Below, piece by piece: positions 10,965-24,554 of a DNA stretch of 64,000 bases. Source of the DNA: Raja brachyura (taxonomy: Eukaryota); the NCBI GenBank assembly GCA_963514005.1, contig OY740796.1:30752001-30816000 (forward strand). Direction: 5' to 3'. The notes beneath the pieces are model-generated. The model saw only the letters and a program-made list of their open reading frames with translations. It made no database searches and was not told where the DNA came from. The position numbers were made by a program, and so were the translations under genes. Within the stretch, counting starts at the first letter, position 1. Each line of letters starts with the position of its first letter.

Positions 10965-11145
10965 GAGAAACATCGAAACATAGAAAATAGGTGCAGGAAG
11001 AGGCCATTCGGCCCTTCAAGCCAGCACTACCATTCATTGTGACCATGGCTGATTGTCCGCTATTAATAACCGGTGCCTGCCTTCTCCCCATATCCCTTGA
11101 CTCCACTAGCCCCTAGAGCTCTATACAACTCTCTCTTAAATCCAA
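10965..11145 (-). mobile_element. HER1-like CR1 3' tail
   Basis: CATAGAAA tail and GFKRELYRALGASGVKGYGEKAGTGY terminus. Confidence 0.85.
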
Positions 11146-13527
11146 TTAGGAGTTGCTTTAAAGAGTTCAATTCTCTCTTGCAATGTTGTTGTGCTTGCAG
11201 ATTATTGAAAAAAAAAAGCTTATAAATATTACGATGACAATGGAGTGACAAAATCATTAGTTCTAGCTGAGATATTAACAAAGTCTGATTACCTACCTCC
11301 AAGGAACAAAATTACCTCAACAATCTTGCATCATGGAGGGTCCCATTTAAAAATAAAATCATGGAGTAAAACACGATAGAAATACCGTTCATGCCGACCA
11401 TCTAGTAACTCGCCATCCTAATCCCACAGAGCAGTTGGTCCACTGCCTGAAAAGCATTCTTGGGCATCGCTGGCAAGATTAGTATCTCTCCAGTTCCTAC
11501 TTATACATTTTGTCTGCTAGCCCAGTTGCTTTGAGAAGATATTGGTGAACCTTCTTCCCAAATCACAGTGCAAACCTTTGACACCAGTTAGGAGAGTGGA
11601 CAACCAATCTCTGGGGTCATACAGACTGGATCAGCTGCAGTGCATCTTCAAAGGAACCAGGACTTTTACTGATAATTATTTTTGATCCAAACTTAAAAAA
11701 AAATCATACTTTCAAACTGCCACATGAGGATTTAAACATAAATTCTCTGGATTACTCTATCAATAATGAATAGTCACAATAACATATATTACACGTCCAT
11801 GCCTACATCTGTCTATGGTGATTGAGCACAAGGTATGTGGATATCAGAGATGTAACAGCATTGGCCTTGAGCTGTGATATTCTACAGTGCATGGGGTCCA
11901 AGCTGTTGTGTGTGGTACAAATTGGCCATTCCCCCATGGTCTCATGTAGCTTGGGGAGCGGAGTTTGAGGAACACTCAAATCAAATGAACTTTCCATAAT
12001 TAAAATTAAATATTGAATCATTAGATATCAATGGGCAGCCGGCATGTTCTCCAGAGATGCTCCCTGACCCTTTGAGTACTTCAGCGCATTTTTGTGTATT
12101 TGTAATCCAGCGCCTGCACTTCCTTGTTTCTCAATGTTTCACTGGATTAGTATTTATTTATTTATTTAAACAAGTTTGAATTAATTCAGAAAACCCCAAG
12201 TTTAGCAGGTTGAGAATTTCAACTCAGTTTTAAAAAATGTGAATAAAAAGCTAATGACAAAACAAATGAGAAGGGTATGGAGGGTTATGGTATGAGTGCA
12301 GGCAGGTGGGACAAAGGGAAAAAAGTTGTTCAGCACGGACTTGAAGGGCCGAGATGGCCTGTTTCCGTGCTGTAATTGTTATATGGTTTGTTAAATTAGT
12401 TAATCACCTTTAAAGAAAATTGTAATCTAGAAGCGCATACAATCCAAACTCATAACAATTTGTTTCCCTCTGAAATGCCCCAGAAATGGTTAGGCAAACA
12501 TACACCACGACTGGCTCAGGGTAACGTCACAGTACAATGAAAAGCAAATACCAACAGCATCCAATCCTCAAAACTAAAATCAATCTCCTTTTAATCTATA
12601 TCACCTCAAATGTGCTTTAAATTAATTTGAGTGATTTTAAAGCAAATTCGTACTAAGTACTTGTATTCCACTTATAGAATTAACTTTTATTGATTCACTT
12701 AGATCCCATGCAATTGGCATTTTGGAACTCTAAGGAAATGAATCGCCTGTTGTGATACTACTTTGGAATTTTGGATTGTATTTCAGATTGTATTTGCTCT
12801 ATACATTCTGAACAAAGTATATTTGAATTAAGAACACTATGAAAACACATTATCACCTTGCTGTGTGCATGACCTTGCTTTAAGCATATTGGGTGCTGCA
12901 TTCTTCCCCTTTACAGCAAGGATCATGCTTCAAGTGTACACCACTTGTGCTGTAAAGCCCATTGGGAAAGCTTGTGAAATGCGCTTTGAAATCCGAGCCC
13001 ATCGGAAGGGTCCGGTGACGCCAACATTAAGCTGCTGAGGACCAGGTGCTGATGGCCACAGCTGATGAGGCCATGTTGTGATGATCATAAGCGCACCACA
13101 TTAAAATGAAGCAGCCCGGTCAGAGAGCAGAACAAGGAAGAAATTGTCCGAGGGTATCTACGAGGAAGTATCAAGTATCAAGGTTCATCCTCCACTGTTC
13201 AAAACTAGTGGAGCACCAAGCATGAGGTTCCAGACCAGATGACTGTGGAGGCCAAGTCAATGGAACTTTTTAAGGCAGAGATTAACAGTTTTTTGATTAG
13301 TAAGGGTGTCAGGAGTTATGGGGTGAAGGCAGGAGAATTGGATTCAGAGGGAAAGATAGATCAGCCATGATTGCATGGTGGAGAAGACGATGGGCCGAAT
13401 GGCCTTATGCTGCTCATATAACTTATGAGAGCAGAGCCAAGCTCCAGGATATCCCAGTATGTAACACCCCAGCTAATGAACTGAAAATCAACCACATCCA
13501 TATATACAAATAAATGGCACATATGGA

Positions 13528-13660
13528 TGTGAAGGAAGGAACTGCAAATGCTGGTTTAGACCGAAGATAGACACAAAGTGCTGGAGCAACCCAGCGGGTC
13601 AGGCAGCATGTCTGGAGAAAAGGACCAGGTGATGTTTTGGGTCGGACCCCTTCTTCAGCA
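13528..13660 (-). mobile_element. Short Penelope-derived element with a hammerhead-like core
   Basis: Minus strand CTGAAGAAGGGGTCCGACCCAAAACATCACC, followed by the same 3' sequence as 4850-4945. Confidence 0.75.
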
Positions 13661-14339
13661 TATATATGGATATAGGCAAGTATGCCACAGTGAGAATTAC
13701 ATATGCAAGTGTTTGTATACACAATTACAGGCTAACAGGGCCCAACACACAATAAATTGAAGCATCTGTCTCAGTGGTTAGCACGGTGGCTTCTGCGCCA
13801 GGCAATTGTGAGTTCAAAGTCCCACTCCAGATCTGAGCAGCGCAGTAAAGAGCAGTGCTGTCTGTGGGAGTGCGATACACTGGATGAGTTTCGCGGTCCC
13901 TTGTAGCGTAGGAACAGGCACGTGGATCATCAAGTCTGCGTTGGCCGATGGAGAAATCAGACTAACCCCTCAGATTTTCCCTGTGTCCTGGTCTCCTCTC
14001 ATTCCCATGAACTCCTCCCAGATTCTACCACTCACCACAGGTCAGGGGAAATTTACAATGGACAATGAACCTACTTATTTGCATGGGGGATGCAGGTGGG
14101 AACCAGAGCACCCAGGGAAAACCCACGTAGCTATAGGGAGAACTACACACTCCACATAGAAGAGGGAGTTAAATTGAGGCTGCATGTGTCCTCTTATATA
14201 AATAAATTTCAGGGCATTATTTGAAGAAAAGGGAACATCTTATTGTTCATCATACCCCTCCCTCGCCCTCACCAAATAGATTATTTGATGGTCACTGTAT
14301 TCCCGCTTGTGTGAGCTAATTTAATTTTGCAAGAATTAG

Positions 14340-14578
14340 GGTGGTACAGAATAGGTGGTTCGATCCTGACCTCTGATGCTGGAGCAGTTTGTACGTTCTC
14401 CCTGTGACCGCGAGGGTTTTCTCCAGGTACTCCGGTTTTATCCCTCTTCCCAAAGGACGTACAGGTTTGTACTTTAATTGGCTTGGATAAAATTGTCAAA
14501 TTGTCCCTCGTAAGTAGGATAGTGCTAATGCTCGTTGGGCCGAAGGGCCTGTTTCCCCGCTGTATCTCCACAGTCTAA
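14340..14578 (+). mobile_element. HE1-like SINE, internally deleted
   Basis: GGTTCGATCC B-box, core, and GGGCCGAAGGGCCTGTTTCC tail. Confidence 0.75.
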
Positions 14579-15249
14579 TGAATGACTGCGTTTCAGAAAA
14601 GTACCTGTAGCTTTATTACAGTGAGTTCAGCTGAAGGTTTCATATGAATTCACATTCTCCTGAACTGAACAAGTGTACGCGATGTAAAAAAAAGCCCAGT
14701 CACAGCAAAAGCCCAACACATACACAAGACATGGGTCAGTTGACATCAAATGCACAGCATCACACCCAGAACCACGGTTGACAAACGGCACGAAGATATA
14801 CATAAAGCGCAAATGTAATTCTCAGCCTGTATCTCATGATGGATAGTGGGTACGTTTAATACTTGCACACACACCAGGGAGAGAGTGACGGAATCCATGA
14901 ATACCGAACTCATTCATTCATCCCTTTCTCAGACGCTACTTTAACGTAACAGGTCAAAATTATTGGACTTTGCTCTGTATCTCATCAGTTCCCAATCTCG
15001 GGACCTCTCCCTTTAAATAATCGGCAGCAAAATCTGCTACTTGGCTGTAATTTCAGACCCGTTGCTAACACAGCGGCGAGAACGCATCTACACGCTCCGA
15101 TCACTGCACCTTTTCTGGTCCTTGCGCCTTATTTTGTACATCAGTCTCCATCGGATAGAGGACCTCAGGCAGACAGCAGGACCAAGACTTCAGGCATACA
15201 GCAACATCCCAGCATCGTGGAAGAGACACGGGGCAAGTGGCGATGACAG

Positions 15250-15900
15250 TGATGGGAGCAGAGAGCCGTGGTGGTAAATGAGACGGCTCCCTGCGTGAAC
15301 TCACCAAACTCAGCCGGCAACTCCTTCCTCAGCCCGCACAGCATGCCGACCGACCGACCGACCGACCGACTGACCGACCGGTGGGGCAGCTCAGCTCAGC
15401 TCAGCTCAGCGGCGGCAGCGGGGATTCTGCTGGCGGCTGCGGTGCGGTGCGGCGAGTGCCAGGGAGCCAACCTCCAGCGTTGGCCGGCGATGTGCGCTCT
15501 CGCACCCCCTCCACCCGATCCTCTGCCTTCTTATCCGGATAACTTCCGCGTGGATTGCCACGGCGGCGCCACATGACACGGGGAGGGGTGAGCTCTCACA
15601 GCGCACGGAGGGGTGGGGACGGGGAGATCCCGGTAAAGCCGCCCACTGGCTCCCAGTTGAGTGCGCGCCAGCGAGCGCTGTGCTCTCTCCCACTCAAGCG
15701 GGGCAGTCAACTCCCCGAGTACCATTCGCCCTCCTCGCTGGCAGAGAAAGTGGGAGAGGAGGGGGGCAGAGGGAGGAAGGGAGTGGAGGGTAAGGGAGAG
15801 GAGGGAGCTGGGAGGGAGTTGATGGCGGGGAAGGAGGTAGAGGAGCTAGGATGAGGTGAAGGGAAGGAGTGTGAAGAAAGAGGAGAAAGAGGGGTCGTGA
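15250..15900 (-). promoter_or_regulatory. CpG-island-like promoter / 5' UTR region
   Basis: High GC and CpG density with no TE similarity. Contains (CCGA)n 15346-15380, (GCTCA)n 15388-15410, GC-box-like and E-box-like (CACATG) sites, and a purine tract at 15745-15900. Confidence 0.6.
15305..15344 (-). CDS. Putative first coding exon of an unidentified host gene (MLCGLRKELPAEF + G, phase-1 intron)
   Basis: Minus strand GGCATGCTGTGCGGGCTGAGGAAGGAGTTGCCGGCTGAGTTTG|GTGAGT: ATG with a -3 purine, 13 open codons and a consensus donor, inside the most CpG-rich non-TE region. Confidence 0.5.
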
Positions 15901-16819
15901 GTGTCGGAAAGGTTAATGAAGACTGACAGCGAGGAGGTGGGTCTCCGGAGTATCTGTGTTTACTTTCGGTGCTGTTTATGTGGAGCTCGTGTGTTCTTCC
16001 TGTAACCAGGTAAATGGATGAATAACCTCTCATTGGTGACAGATTTGTGACTGGTATCTCTGATTGGTGGCAGGTTCTGAGTGAATTTATATTGCAATTT
16101 TCACAAACCTGGCAATGAAGAGAGATATGATTTGAAATCAGCTTCCTCCTACAAAGAGTCATGGAATAATGAGCTGATGATCTGGTGCCTTCATGTGGTA
16201 CAAGTGATAACTATCCTTCACACACACACAATGGGAGATATCCTCTGCTCTTCCTTGTAGCCATGCACTGGAGTCCACTGCGGCCACCATAAAAGTGGCT
16301 GAATGCTGTGGCACTCTCCCTGTTTAGTTATAGAGTCATACAGTGTGGAAACAGGCCCTTTGGCCCAACTTGCCCACACTGGCCCAAGTCCCAGCTACGC
16401 TAGTCTCACCTGCCTGTGCTTGGCCCATATGCCTCCAAACTGTCGTATTCATGTACCTGTCTAACTATTTCTTAAATGTTGGGATAGTCCCAGCCTCAAT
16501 TACCTCCTCTGGCAGCTTGTTCCATACACCGACCACCCTTTGTGTGAAAAAGTTACCCCTCAGATTCCTATTAAATCTTTTCCCCTTCACCTTGAACCTA
16601 AGTCCTCTGGTCCTCAATACCCCCACTCTGGGCAAGAGATTCTGTGCATCTAATACACATCTATGATTACTGACTCTCAGTATACATTGTGTGCCCCTCT
16701 CTTGGATTGACCCTTCTAAGCAGGTGTAAAAATGTCAACATGCAATGAAAATGGGGAGTTCCCCTAAGGGACCAGGACAATATTTATATATTCAACCAGT
16801 CATGAAAATAGACTATTTG

Positions 16820-16990
16820 TCCCGCCCCACCTCTTTTCCAGCTCTCTCCCCCCTACTATAATCAGCCTGAAGAAGGGTCCCAACCTGAAACGTCACCTAT
16901 CCATATTTGCATATTCCCTTCCCACAGCTGGGACCTCACCTATCGAGCATTTCCAACATTGTCCGTTTTTATTTTACTCGTCCAGCATGT
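16820..16990 (+). mobile_element. Short Penelope-derived element with a hammerhead-like core
   Basis: CTGAAGA (16867) AGGGTCCCAACCT GAAACGTC. Confidence 0.7.
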
Positions 16991-17142
16991 ATGATTTGGT
17001 CAAATCGAGTGTTAGAGGCAAAAGGAACTTGCAGATTCTAAGCCATTTCTGACCTAATCCCTAACCACTAATAGAAGAAGCTCACTAACAGGTTAACAGC
17101 ATGCAGAATTTGCATCCATTCTGCTGCTTTTTCCCACTGAAC

Positions 17143-17578
17143 CTTATTCTTAGAATAAAGGGGAGGTCATTTAAGACTGAGGTGAGAAAAAACTTTTTCA
17201 CCCAGAGAGTTGTGAATTTATGGAATTCCCCGCCACAGAGGGCAGTGGAGACCAAATCACTGGATGGATTTAAAAGAGAGTTAGATCGAGCTCTAGGGGC
17301 TAGTGGAGTCAAGGGATATGGAGAGAAGGCAGGCACAGGTTATTGATAGGGGCCGATCAGCCATGATCATAGAATCATAGAAATTAGATGCAGGAATAGG
17401 CCATTCGGCCCTTCGAGCCTGCACCGCCATTCAATATGATCATGGCTGATCATCCAAATCAGTATCCTGTACCTGCCTTCTCTCCATACCCCCTGATCCC
17501 TTTAGTCACAATGAATGGCGGTGCTGGCTCGAAGGGCCGAATGGCCTCCTCCAGCACCTATGTTTCTATGTTTCTATG
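17143..17578 (+). mobile_element. HER1-like CR1 3' end containing an antisense CR1 tail (~17369-17508)
   Basis: ORF 17101-17346 ends ...GYGEKAGTGY. The 3' UTR CCATGATCA|CAATGAATGGCGG is interrupted by a minus-strand tail. Confidence 0.85.
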
Positions 17579-18454
17579 AACCGTCCCCATAAACTGAAAT
17601 ATCACATATTTAACCCAGTCCTTGCTTTCTAATTTATAATTTGCTGCCTTCTGCACCATCTCCATCTCCAAGTCCATCTCTACTGTGAGAACGACCCACT
17701 CCCACCACAGTACTGTATGTGGACTATCCTCCCTGCCTCCCCAGGCTGACTGATGTTGTCAATGATTCGACTTCCACAGTGTCACAGAGCGATACAACAC
17801 ACAGACCTGCTCTTTGGCCCACCGACTCCCTGCCAAACTTCAAGCAGCCATTTTACAATATTATCTAACAGATTTTATTTTTCCCACATTCCTCTCAAGC
17901 TCACAGAATGTACCACGAGAGGAAATTTAAGGTGCCCATATTGACCCTCCAACCACACATCTTTGAGATGTGGGAGAAAATCGGAATGCGTGGTTACAGA
18001 GAAACCGTGCAAACTCCACATGGACAGTACTGTGGTCAGGATTGTACTTGAATAAATGGAGCTGTGATGCAGCGGCTGCACTACCTGCACCACTCCGCTG
18101 CCTTCCTTTCAAAACTCTTCAAAACTCCAGCAGCAACCTTCTGGCCTCAGATCCATTGAGGGTGCTGCAATTTCCAAAACCCTTGCCAATCTTCCCTGAA
18201 GCTCCATTTTCCCACCTCTCCAACTGGAATATTATAGGCACTGAAATCAGCTTTTCCTGATCAGTGTCCATTTCTTATCTCTAATTCCAAATTGGCTCAT
18301 GAGCTGAGTGTTTCTGGGTTATCTGAAGAAGAACTCATCAACAGCAATAAAAACCAGATGAAGATCCCAAAGGAAAAGTACTCACCCTGCGCCATACTGC
18401 CGCACAGTGTAAACAGCAACCCAAGGTATTTGTTCAACTGAGCAGACACAGTGG

Positions 18455-18760
18455 ATGCCACAGTGACTCAGCAGTAGAGCTGCTGCCTCACAGTGCCAGA
18501 GACCCACGTTCGATCCCGACGTCTGGTGCTCTCTGTGTGGTGTTTTTACATCTCCCTGTAACCGTGTGGGGTTTCTCTGGGTGTTCCGATTTCCTCCAAT
18601 ATTCCAAATACGTGGAAGGTTGTAGGTTAATTGGCTTCTTCTGTAAGTTCCCCCCTAGTGTGTATGATGCAAAATTGGGATAACATGTATGTGTGATTGA
18701 TGGTCAGTGTGGACTCGGTGGGCCTAAAAACCTGTTCCCACGCTTCATCTCCATAACTAA
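18455..18760 (+). mobile_element. HE1-like SINE
   Basis: GTTCGATCC B-box, core and tail. A minus-strand copy lies at ~17780-18100. Confidence 0.75.
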
Positions 18761-19077
18761 AAATGAATAACATGTTCATTAATTGCTACATAGCTGGTTG
18801 AACTGCCAGAGTGAGGTGCACATTTGTCCAAATTTGCCGTTATTATGCTCTTTGAATAGTCGTGCTCACCTCTGGAATCTCAGTTTGGTACATGATCCAG
18901 TAACTGGGAAGTAGTTGACAAATTTGTGCTGAAGAGATGTGGCAGAGGGCTAATGATAAACCAACAGCGGTTGGCACAAACAGAAATGGTGGCTCAGATA
19001 GATCACAGGAAACCACAATGCCCACATTGCAATTCTTGATTACCATGGACATTTCACTAAATTGTAGCAAAGATGAT

Positions 19078-20505
19078 CATAGAAACATAGACATAGAAAC
19101 ATAGAAAATAGGTGCAGGAGTAGGCCATTCATCCCAACGAGCCAGCACCAGCATTCAATATGATCATGGCTGATCATCCAGAATCAATACCCTGTTCCTG
19201 CTTTCTCCCCATATCCCTTGATTTTGTTAGCCCTGAGAGCTATATCTAACTCCTTCTTGAATATATCCAGTCAATTGGCCTCCATTGCCTTCTGTGGCAG
19301 AGAATTCCACAGATTCACAAGTCTCTGGCTGAAAAGGTTTTCCCTCATCTCAGTCCTAAATGGTCTACCCCTTATTCTTAAATGTGACCCCTGGTTCTGG
19401 ACTCACTCTTCATAACAAGAGGATTTCAGTATAGGAGAAAAGAGGTACTTCTGCAGTTGTGTAGGCCTCTGGTGAGACCACATCTGGAGTATTGTGTATA
19501 GTTTTGGTCTCCTAATTTGAGGAAGGACATCCTTGTGATTGAGGTAGTGCAGCGTAGGTTCACGAGATTGATCCCTGGGATGGCGGGACTGTCATATGAG
19601 GAAAGATTGAAAAGACTAGGCTTGTATTCACTGGAGTTTAGAAGGATGGGGGGATGGGGGGGGATCTTATAGAAACATATACAATTATAAAAGGACTGGA
19701 CAAGCTAGTTGCAGGAAAAATGTTCCCAATGTTGGGTGAGTCCAGAACCAGGGGCCACAGTCTTAGAATAAAGGGGAGGTAATTTAAGACTGAGGTGAGA
19801 AAAAACTTTTTTACCCAGAGAATTGTGAATTTATGGAATTCCCTGCCACAGAGGGCAGTGGAGGCCAAATCACTGGATGGATTTAAGAGAGAGTTGGATA
19901 GAGCTCTAGGGGCTAGTGGAGTCAAGGGATATGGGGAGAAGGCAGGGGAGAAGGCAGGCACGGGTTATTGATAGCGGACGATGAGCCATGATCACAATGA
20001 ATGGCGGTGCTGGCTTGAAGGGCCGAATGGCCTCATCCTGCACCTATTTTCTATGTTTCTAAGGGGAACATCTTTCCTGCATCTAGCCTGTCCAATCCTT
20101 TAAGAATGTCATATCTTTCTGTAAGATCCCCCCTCATCCTTCTAAAGTCCACTGAATACAAGTCCAGCTGATCCATTCTTTCATCATATGTCAGTCCCGC
20201 CATCCCGGGAATTAACCTGGAGAACCTACGCTGCACTGCCTCAATAGCAAAATGTAGGAGACCAAAACTGTATACAATACTCCAGGTGCGGTCTCACCAG
20301 GGCCCTGTAAAACTGCAGTAGGACCTCCTTGCTCCTATACTCAAATCCTCTCGCTATGAAGGCCAACATGTCATTAGCTTTCTTCACTGTCTGCTGTACC
20401 TGCATGCTTACTTTCAGTGGCTGATGTACAAGTACGCCTAGGTCTTGTTGTACTTCCCCTTTTCCTAATCTGACACCATTCAAATAATAATCTGGCTTCT
20501 TGTTC
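19078..20505 (-). mobile_element. HER1-like CR1 fragment (19078-19404 and 20062-20505) interrupted by a plus-strand CR1 copy (~19410-20060)
   Basis: ORFs 20241-20579 and 20051-20236 are CR1 ORF2 (RPHLEYCIQFWSP; QRRFSRLIPGM). The two minus parts are colinear across the plus copy. Confidence 0.85.
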
Positions 20506-20712
20506 TTAGTAAATGGGGTAAACCATAGTAAATGGATAGTTAACAAATCACCTGTTGCTATCTCTTTTACAGATTGCAATACACAGCCCTCATCAGAAGA
20601 GCTGCCTTGACATTACTGTTCTCGAACGAGGAACTATCTCGTGGATCATTGTGGATGTTTTCAATTAATAAAGCCATTCCATTTTAAATATCCAATGTGA
20701 TTGACACACGAC

Positions 20713-21016
20713 CAGCACAATGGGGCAGCTGGTAGAGCAGCTGCCTCGCAGCGCCAGAGACACGGGTTTGATTCTGACCTCGGGTGCTGTCTGTGTGGAG
20801 GTTGCATGTTCTCCCTGTGAGTTTCCTCCGGGTGCTCCGGTTTCCTTCCACATCCCAAAGACATACAGGTTTGTATGTTATTGGCTTCTGCACATTGCCC
20901 CTAATGAGTTGGGAGCAGATGAGAAAGTGGGAAAACACAGAACAAGTGTGAATGGGTGATGGACAGTCAGTGTGCACTCGGTGGGTTGAAGAGCCTGTTT
21001 CCATGCTATATCTCTA
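20713..21016 (+). mobile_element. HE1-like SINE
   Basis: Full head, core and tail similar to the other copies. Confidence 0.82.
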
Positions 21017-22379
21017 ATGCAATGTAATGTAATATAATATAATCTTATAAAGTCATGAGTTTTACTAAGAGCTGCAATTATGGTAAAAGTTTTGAATCAG
21101 GAGCTCGAGACTCATGGTACATTGATAGACAAGATCCATAGGTTTACATATGTCATCAGAAGTAAGACTGGTAGGGAGATTCTCTCATGAGGAATAACTA
21201 TGCAATTAATGAATGGTAAATAAATAATGTCATATTGTGGAGATTAAGTAAAAGCATAAAATAAATAAATCCATTGTTTCCCTGATCAGTTGACACTTTT
21301 ACTTCTGCATTAGCAGGTTATGGGTTCGACTTCGAAAATGGATTTAAGTGCAATTCAGAGGCATGCTGGATTGTCACAGAAACTGCATTTCCATGAGATC
21401 TTAACCTGCAGTTTGATTAAAACTTCCCAGAGCACTATTCAAAGAGCAAGGGGTTGTCCTGGTCAAATTCTTCTTTCAAACAACAGGCATAATGAACAGG
21501 AGTTTCATGTCATTCACTTGGTCTACAGATTGAGAAATCGACTGTGTTCTATAGGGGCACATTAAGAGCAGAACTGCCGTATTTCACACTTTTGGCCTGT
21601 GTTAACATAAGAAATAGGTGCAGGAGTGGGCCATTCAGCCCTTCAAGCCAGCACAGCCATTCAGTATGATCATCGCTGAACATCCAAAATCAGTACCCCG
21701 TTCCTGCTTTCTCCCCATATCCCTTGATTCCGTTAGTCCTGAGAGCTACATCTGACTCTCTCTTGAATACATCTTATTAACTCTATTGGATCATTGCTAA
21801 TCTGTACATTTATCTAAATCTACCTGCGTTTGCTGCATATTGTTTCAACATTAGTTTGGTATATTGATGCTAATCAAATCTTTGGTTATGACCGCGAATC
21901 TAGTTGGAAATAAATTGGCCAGTGTCAGAAGATATGAAGCAAACTTTAAACTGCTGGAAGATGTCATGGAACATCTGTGGAGGTAAAGGGATGGTTGACA
22001 TTTCTCATTGACCATGCATGAGGAGAATCATGAAATCCTGATACTGGGTATTGACTCAAAGCGTCAAACATGACTTGCTCTTCACTTATGATACTTGCCT
22101 CACACAGTTCTCCCAGTGGGTTATTTTTTTCTAGATTCCGGCCTCTGCAGCCTTTTGAGCTCATAAACAATATGGGGTTGTGATGAGCACCACATCTGAC
22201 TAATCCAGTTAAACTTTCTGTGAAGGTAGCAAAGGCTGACAAATAAGTAGTTTTGCAATTGATCTTAGTGGACTTTGAGAAGCCATTCAATGAGGGTCCA
22301 CACTGGAACAACAAAAATGAATGTGTACATCATCTGAAAGAGCTGTTTGCCTTGGGAAGGGTTTAAGGGAAAATAATTG

Positions 22380-23710
22380 ATTGGTGGATAGTTCCCCAAG
22401 GATCCGATAGTTTTCTATTAGATTTCACAACAATCTAATGTTGAGTCTCAACTTTTCATCATATTTATAAATGTCTCATGATGGATTGGAGCTGCATGTC
22501 CAAGCTTGAAGATGACATTCGTTTGCCAAGCTACTGACAGATTACGTGATTGGCAAAAACTATGGTAGATAGAATTCAGTGGACAAGTAGTCTTCCTATT
22601 GAACTCAATTTGAAATAAAAATCAGTTCAATTGGAAATCTTTCTAAATTGTGGAAAACTAGTAACTGCTGAGAAATAATGGATTTCAAGTACATGAATCA
22701 TTAAAAGCCTGTAAGCACATGCAAAGTGCAATCAAAAATGCTAATTGATCTTTGACTTTATCTCAAGGGTACTGGAAAACAGAAAAGGAGGAAATTTGTT
22801 TCAGATCTATGAATCCCTGATCAGTCTCGAGAATACTATTTCCAGTTTTGAACAGCGTAGTTTCAGGAAGGATGCGCTGCCTTTTGAGGGATGTACTACA
22901 TATTCAAAGGGGCAAGGTGTCACAACCAAGCCTGAAGATTGATTGTAGTATTAGAATGTTAGCATGGGTTGACAGGTGGGTGTAGAGAAACTTTTCCCTT
23001 AAGTTGCGGAATTAAAAAAAAGAGTATGCAATGCTAAAATAGGAGCCAGGTCGGCTGTTCAGGATTGAAAGCAGGAATATTTGTTTCATTGTGAGCAGTT
23101 ATGGGCTCCATATCTGAGGAAGGATGTTCTGCTGTTGGAGAAGGTTCAGAGGAAGTTTACAAGATTGATCACAGGAATGATTGGGTTAACATATGATGAG
23201 CGTTTGAAGGCACTTACCATCGGAGGTTGAAAATGAAAGAATGAGTTGTCAATGAAAGGAAATGGTGCTGTTATTGGCACTCATGGCATATTCACGGACT
23301 GCTCTATTTCCACCAGGTCTACTCCGCCATGGCTGATCTATCTCTCCTGCCTCATCCCATTCTCCTGCCTTCTCTCCATAACTTCTGACACATGTACTAA
23401 TCAAGAATCAATCTATCTCTGCCTTAAATATGTCCACTGACTTGGCCTCCACAGCCTTCTGTGGCAAATAAATCCACAGATTCACCACCCTCTGACTGAA
23501 GACATTCCTCCTCATCACCTTCCTAAAAGAAGTCCTTCAATCCTGAGGCTATGACCTCTAGCCCTAGACTCTTCCACCAGTGCAAACATCCTCTCCACAT
23601 CCACTCCATCCAAGCCGTTTATTATTCTGTACGTTTCAATGAGGGTCCCCCCCTTATTCTTCTGAAATTCAACGAGTACAGGACCAGTGCCGTCAAAAGC
23701 TCATCATATA
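22380..23710. mobile_element. Cluster of old CR1-like RT fragments (plus to ~23220; minus 23325-23710)
   Basis: Degenerate FADD-like region, GAGGAAGGATGT...CAGAGGAAGTTTAC, and a HER1-like tail on the minus strand. Confidence 0.6.
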
Positions 23711-24554
23711 TTAGATTCCTGTGGTCAGGCTGGCAGGAGGATGGCTTGTGAGGTGGTGCACTCTTTCCATCACTAATGTATTGCCTGTGTGTGCTCCTTT
23801 TTGCACGGATTCAAGGTTTCTTGCTACCACCCTGAGTGAGTTCTCCGTCCCTGTAAGTGTTCATGGGTGAAGGATTTCCAAGAACTGCTGGGGATGTTTC
23901 ATTTCTTCTGTGACTGCATCCTTGAATATTTTCCTCTATCTGCCTAATGAACTCTTCCCCTGGTAGAGCTTGGAATCGAGTGCCTGTTTTGCAAGTTTAG
24001 TGTTGGGCTTTTGAGCGACATGGACATTGTGAGTGACACGGAGCTTCTAGCCGCGGGTGTGGCATGGACTTACCATCCGGAGTCTGGGACCCCTTGCCAG
24101 GGTTCACCAGAGAAGAGAATCTGATGGCCAGCCTGCAGCCTGTAACACCCTGAAGCCACGGTCTCCGCTAGGAAAGTGCCGATTCGCAACCTCCAAGCCG
24201 CGGAGTGTGTTTGACCGTCCCAACGTCGGAGTTTTGATCATCCCGACGAGAGGGCCTGTACATCGGGCCATACATAGTGGCGACTACAGAGGGTTTATGG
24301 CCCCGACCATGGGTGAACAAAGGAGGAGGACTGGCTGAACTTTGCTGCCTTCCACCACAGTGAGGAATGCTGTGGTTGAAGTTTGTGATAAATTTTATTG
24401 TGTATTGTGTGTTCTTTTAAGTGTATTGCTGGCAAATTCATTTCACTGCATCTTTGGGTAATGAATAAAAGCATGCAACAAATAAAATTGACTTTGACTT
24501 TGGCCTGCCCAATAGAATCTGCTGAGTATATTTGGAGCCTGAAGAGTTAAGAGT

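Noticed and set aside
12990-13235. Possible exon or processed-pseudogene fragment (…KKLSEGIYEEV…) and a CTGATGA box
   Set aside because: No recognisable protein, no clear splice-site pair, and no GAAA partner for a ribozyme.
18375-18450. Minus-strand donor CAGG|GTGAGT as a further exon
   Set aside because: No supporting acceptor or recognisable frame; such motifs arise by chance.
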